Shown piece after piece: positions 46,706 to 47,391 of a DNA stretch of 47,391 bases. Every line of letters begins with the position of its first letter. The stretch's first letter is position 1. Made by a program: the position numbers and the translations under genes. Under the pieces are notes generated by a model. It had not been told where the DNA came from, ran no database searches, and was given only the letters and a program-made list of their open reading frames with translations. Source of the stretch: a virus (Duplodnaviria > Caudoviricetes); IMG/VR virus record IMGVR_UViG_3300022936_000011, positions 1 to 47,391 of that record. One strand, 5' to 3'.

Positions 46706-46904
46706 AGCACTGGGCGTTGAACCCCTGGTTCTGCCGGCAGGTGTCGACGTGGAGCTGCAGACAGGCCACCACGCTTTGCTGGAGCGTGTATGCGCGGCGC
46801 TAGAGGAGATTGCACAGCAAGGCAGGGCTCCTGAGCTTAGCGAGCCTCAGATCGCACCACAGGCGCTCAACGCTAGGCCGACAGGGTTGAACGCTGATGG
46901 CTAA
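46596..46904 (+). CDS. hypothetical protein
   Basis: 102-aa ORF overlapping the HNH start. Confidence 0.6.
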   Translation: MNDSKNSSKGLLVLKLKGAATADLIDSLLEVITPTAEALGVEPLVLPAGVDVELQTGHHALLERVCAALEEIAQQGRAPELSEPQIAPQALNARPTGLNADG

Positions 46905-47250
46905 GTCAAGGGTCACCATGCAGCCCACACGAGCGCGTGAGGTCAGTACGCAGCCCGTGCAGATGCTGAACCCTGATGCCTGGCGTGAAGGGCTGACCAC
47001 AGCGCAGCGTGGGTACGGTGGGAAGTGGCAGCGTGCTCGCCTCGCCTACCTGGCTAAGCATCCGCTATGCAGGATGTGTGCGGCACAGGGCAAGGTGACA
47101 GCGGCTAACGTGGTAGACCACATCGTCGATCATCGAGGCGACATGAAGCTGTTCTGGGATTCAGAGGGAAACTGGCAGCCGCTGTGCACCCCACATCACT
47201 CGGAGAAAACTGCGAAGGATGGAGGCATTGGCGATTACCGAAAGGGTTAA
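46897..47250 (+). CDS. packaging-associated HNH endonuclease (HK97 gp74-like)
   Basis: RGYGGKWQRAR..YL..HPLC..C, VVDHI..H.GD..LFWD..NWQPLC..HH..KT; precedes terS across the junction. Confidence 0.9.
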   Translation: MAKSRVTMQPTRAREVSTQPVQMLNPDAWREGLTTAQRGYGGKWQRARLAYLAKHPLCRMCAAQGKVTAANVVDHIVDHRGDMKLFWDSEGNWQPLCTPHHSEKTAKDGGIGDYRKG

Positions 47251-47268
47251 ACCAAATGAAAAAGCATA

Positions 47269-47294
47269 AGGCCTCGATCAATTCGGGGCTTTTT
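47269..47294 (+). terminator. intrinsic terminator
   Basis: gcctcga-loop-tcggggc-ttttt. Confidence 0.7.
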
Positions 47295-47344
47295 ATCGCG
47301 TGCGAAAAGGCGCAGGAAATACGCGTTCAACCGCTCTAGATCGG

Positions 47345-47391
47345 GCATCCGGGGGGTGGTGTAAACCCGCAGACCATGCGCCCTCCCTGAT
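47345..47391. other. probable cos region
   Basis: Non-coding GGGGGG...GCGCCCTCCC between HNH and terS, where HK97-like phages have 3' cohesive ends. Confidence 0.5.

Overview
The window looks like a complete (~47.4 kb) genome of a tailed phage with an HK97-type head and a non-contractile (siphovirus-type) tail, probably opened near its cos site. The host is most likely Pseudomonas, inferred from the Acb2 homologue, the lysis cassette and the tailspike styles. The + strand late arm (84-27759) runs: terminase, fused protease-capsid, SGNH esterase, an E3-binding-domain protein, portal, neck genes interrupted by a glycosyltransferase/methyltransferase cluster and a non-coding transcription unit, tail with two tailspikes, then two holin-like genes, GH19 endolysin and Rz/Rz1. 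The - strand arm (27748-43729) carries SNF2 helicase, VRR-NUC, a family A DNA polymerase split by an HNH gene, SSB, a DUF2800 nuclease and many small early genes. These include Acb2, an internally duplicated CsrA-like protein, an RMF-like protein and two lipoproteins. The right end has a Cro-like gene, primase-helicase, a repeat-rich origin candidate and a packaging HNH. No integrase or CI repressor was recognised. The most unusual signal is a ~440-nt structured non-coding RNA with its own promoter and terminator (10390-10834). It contains a tRNA-like domain with no anticodon loop, set on a 24-bp stem. All assignments come from motif recognition by eye; no searches were run.
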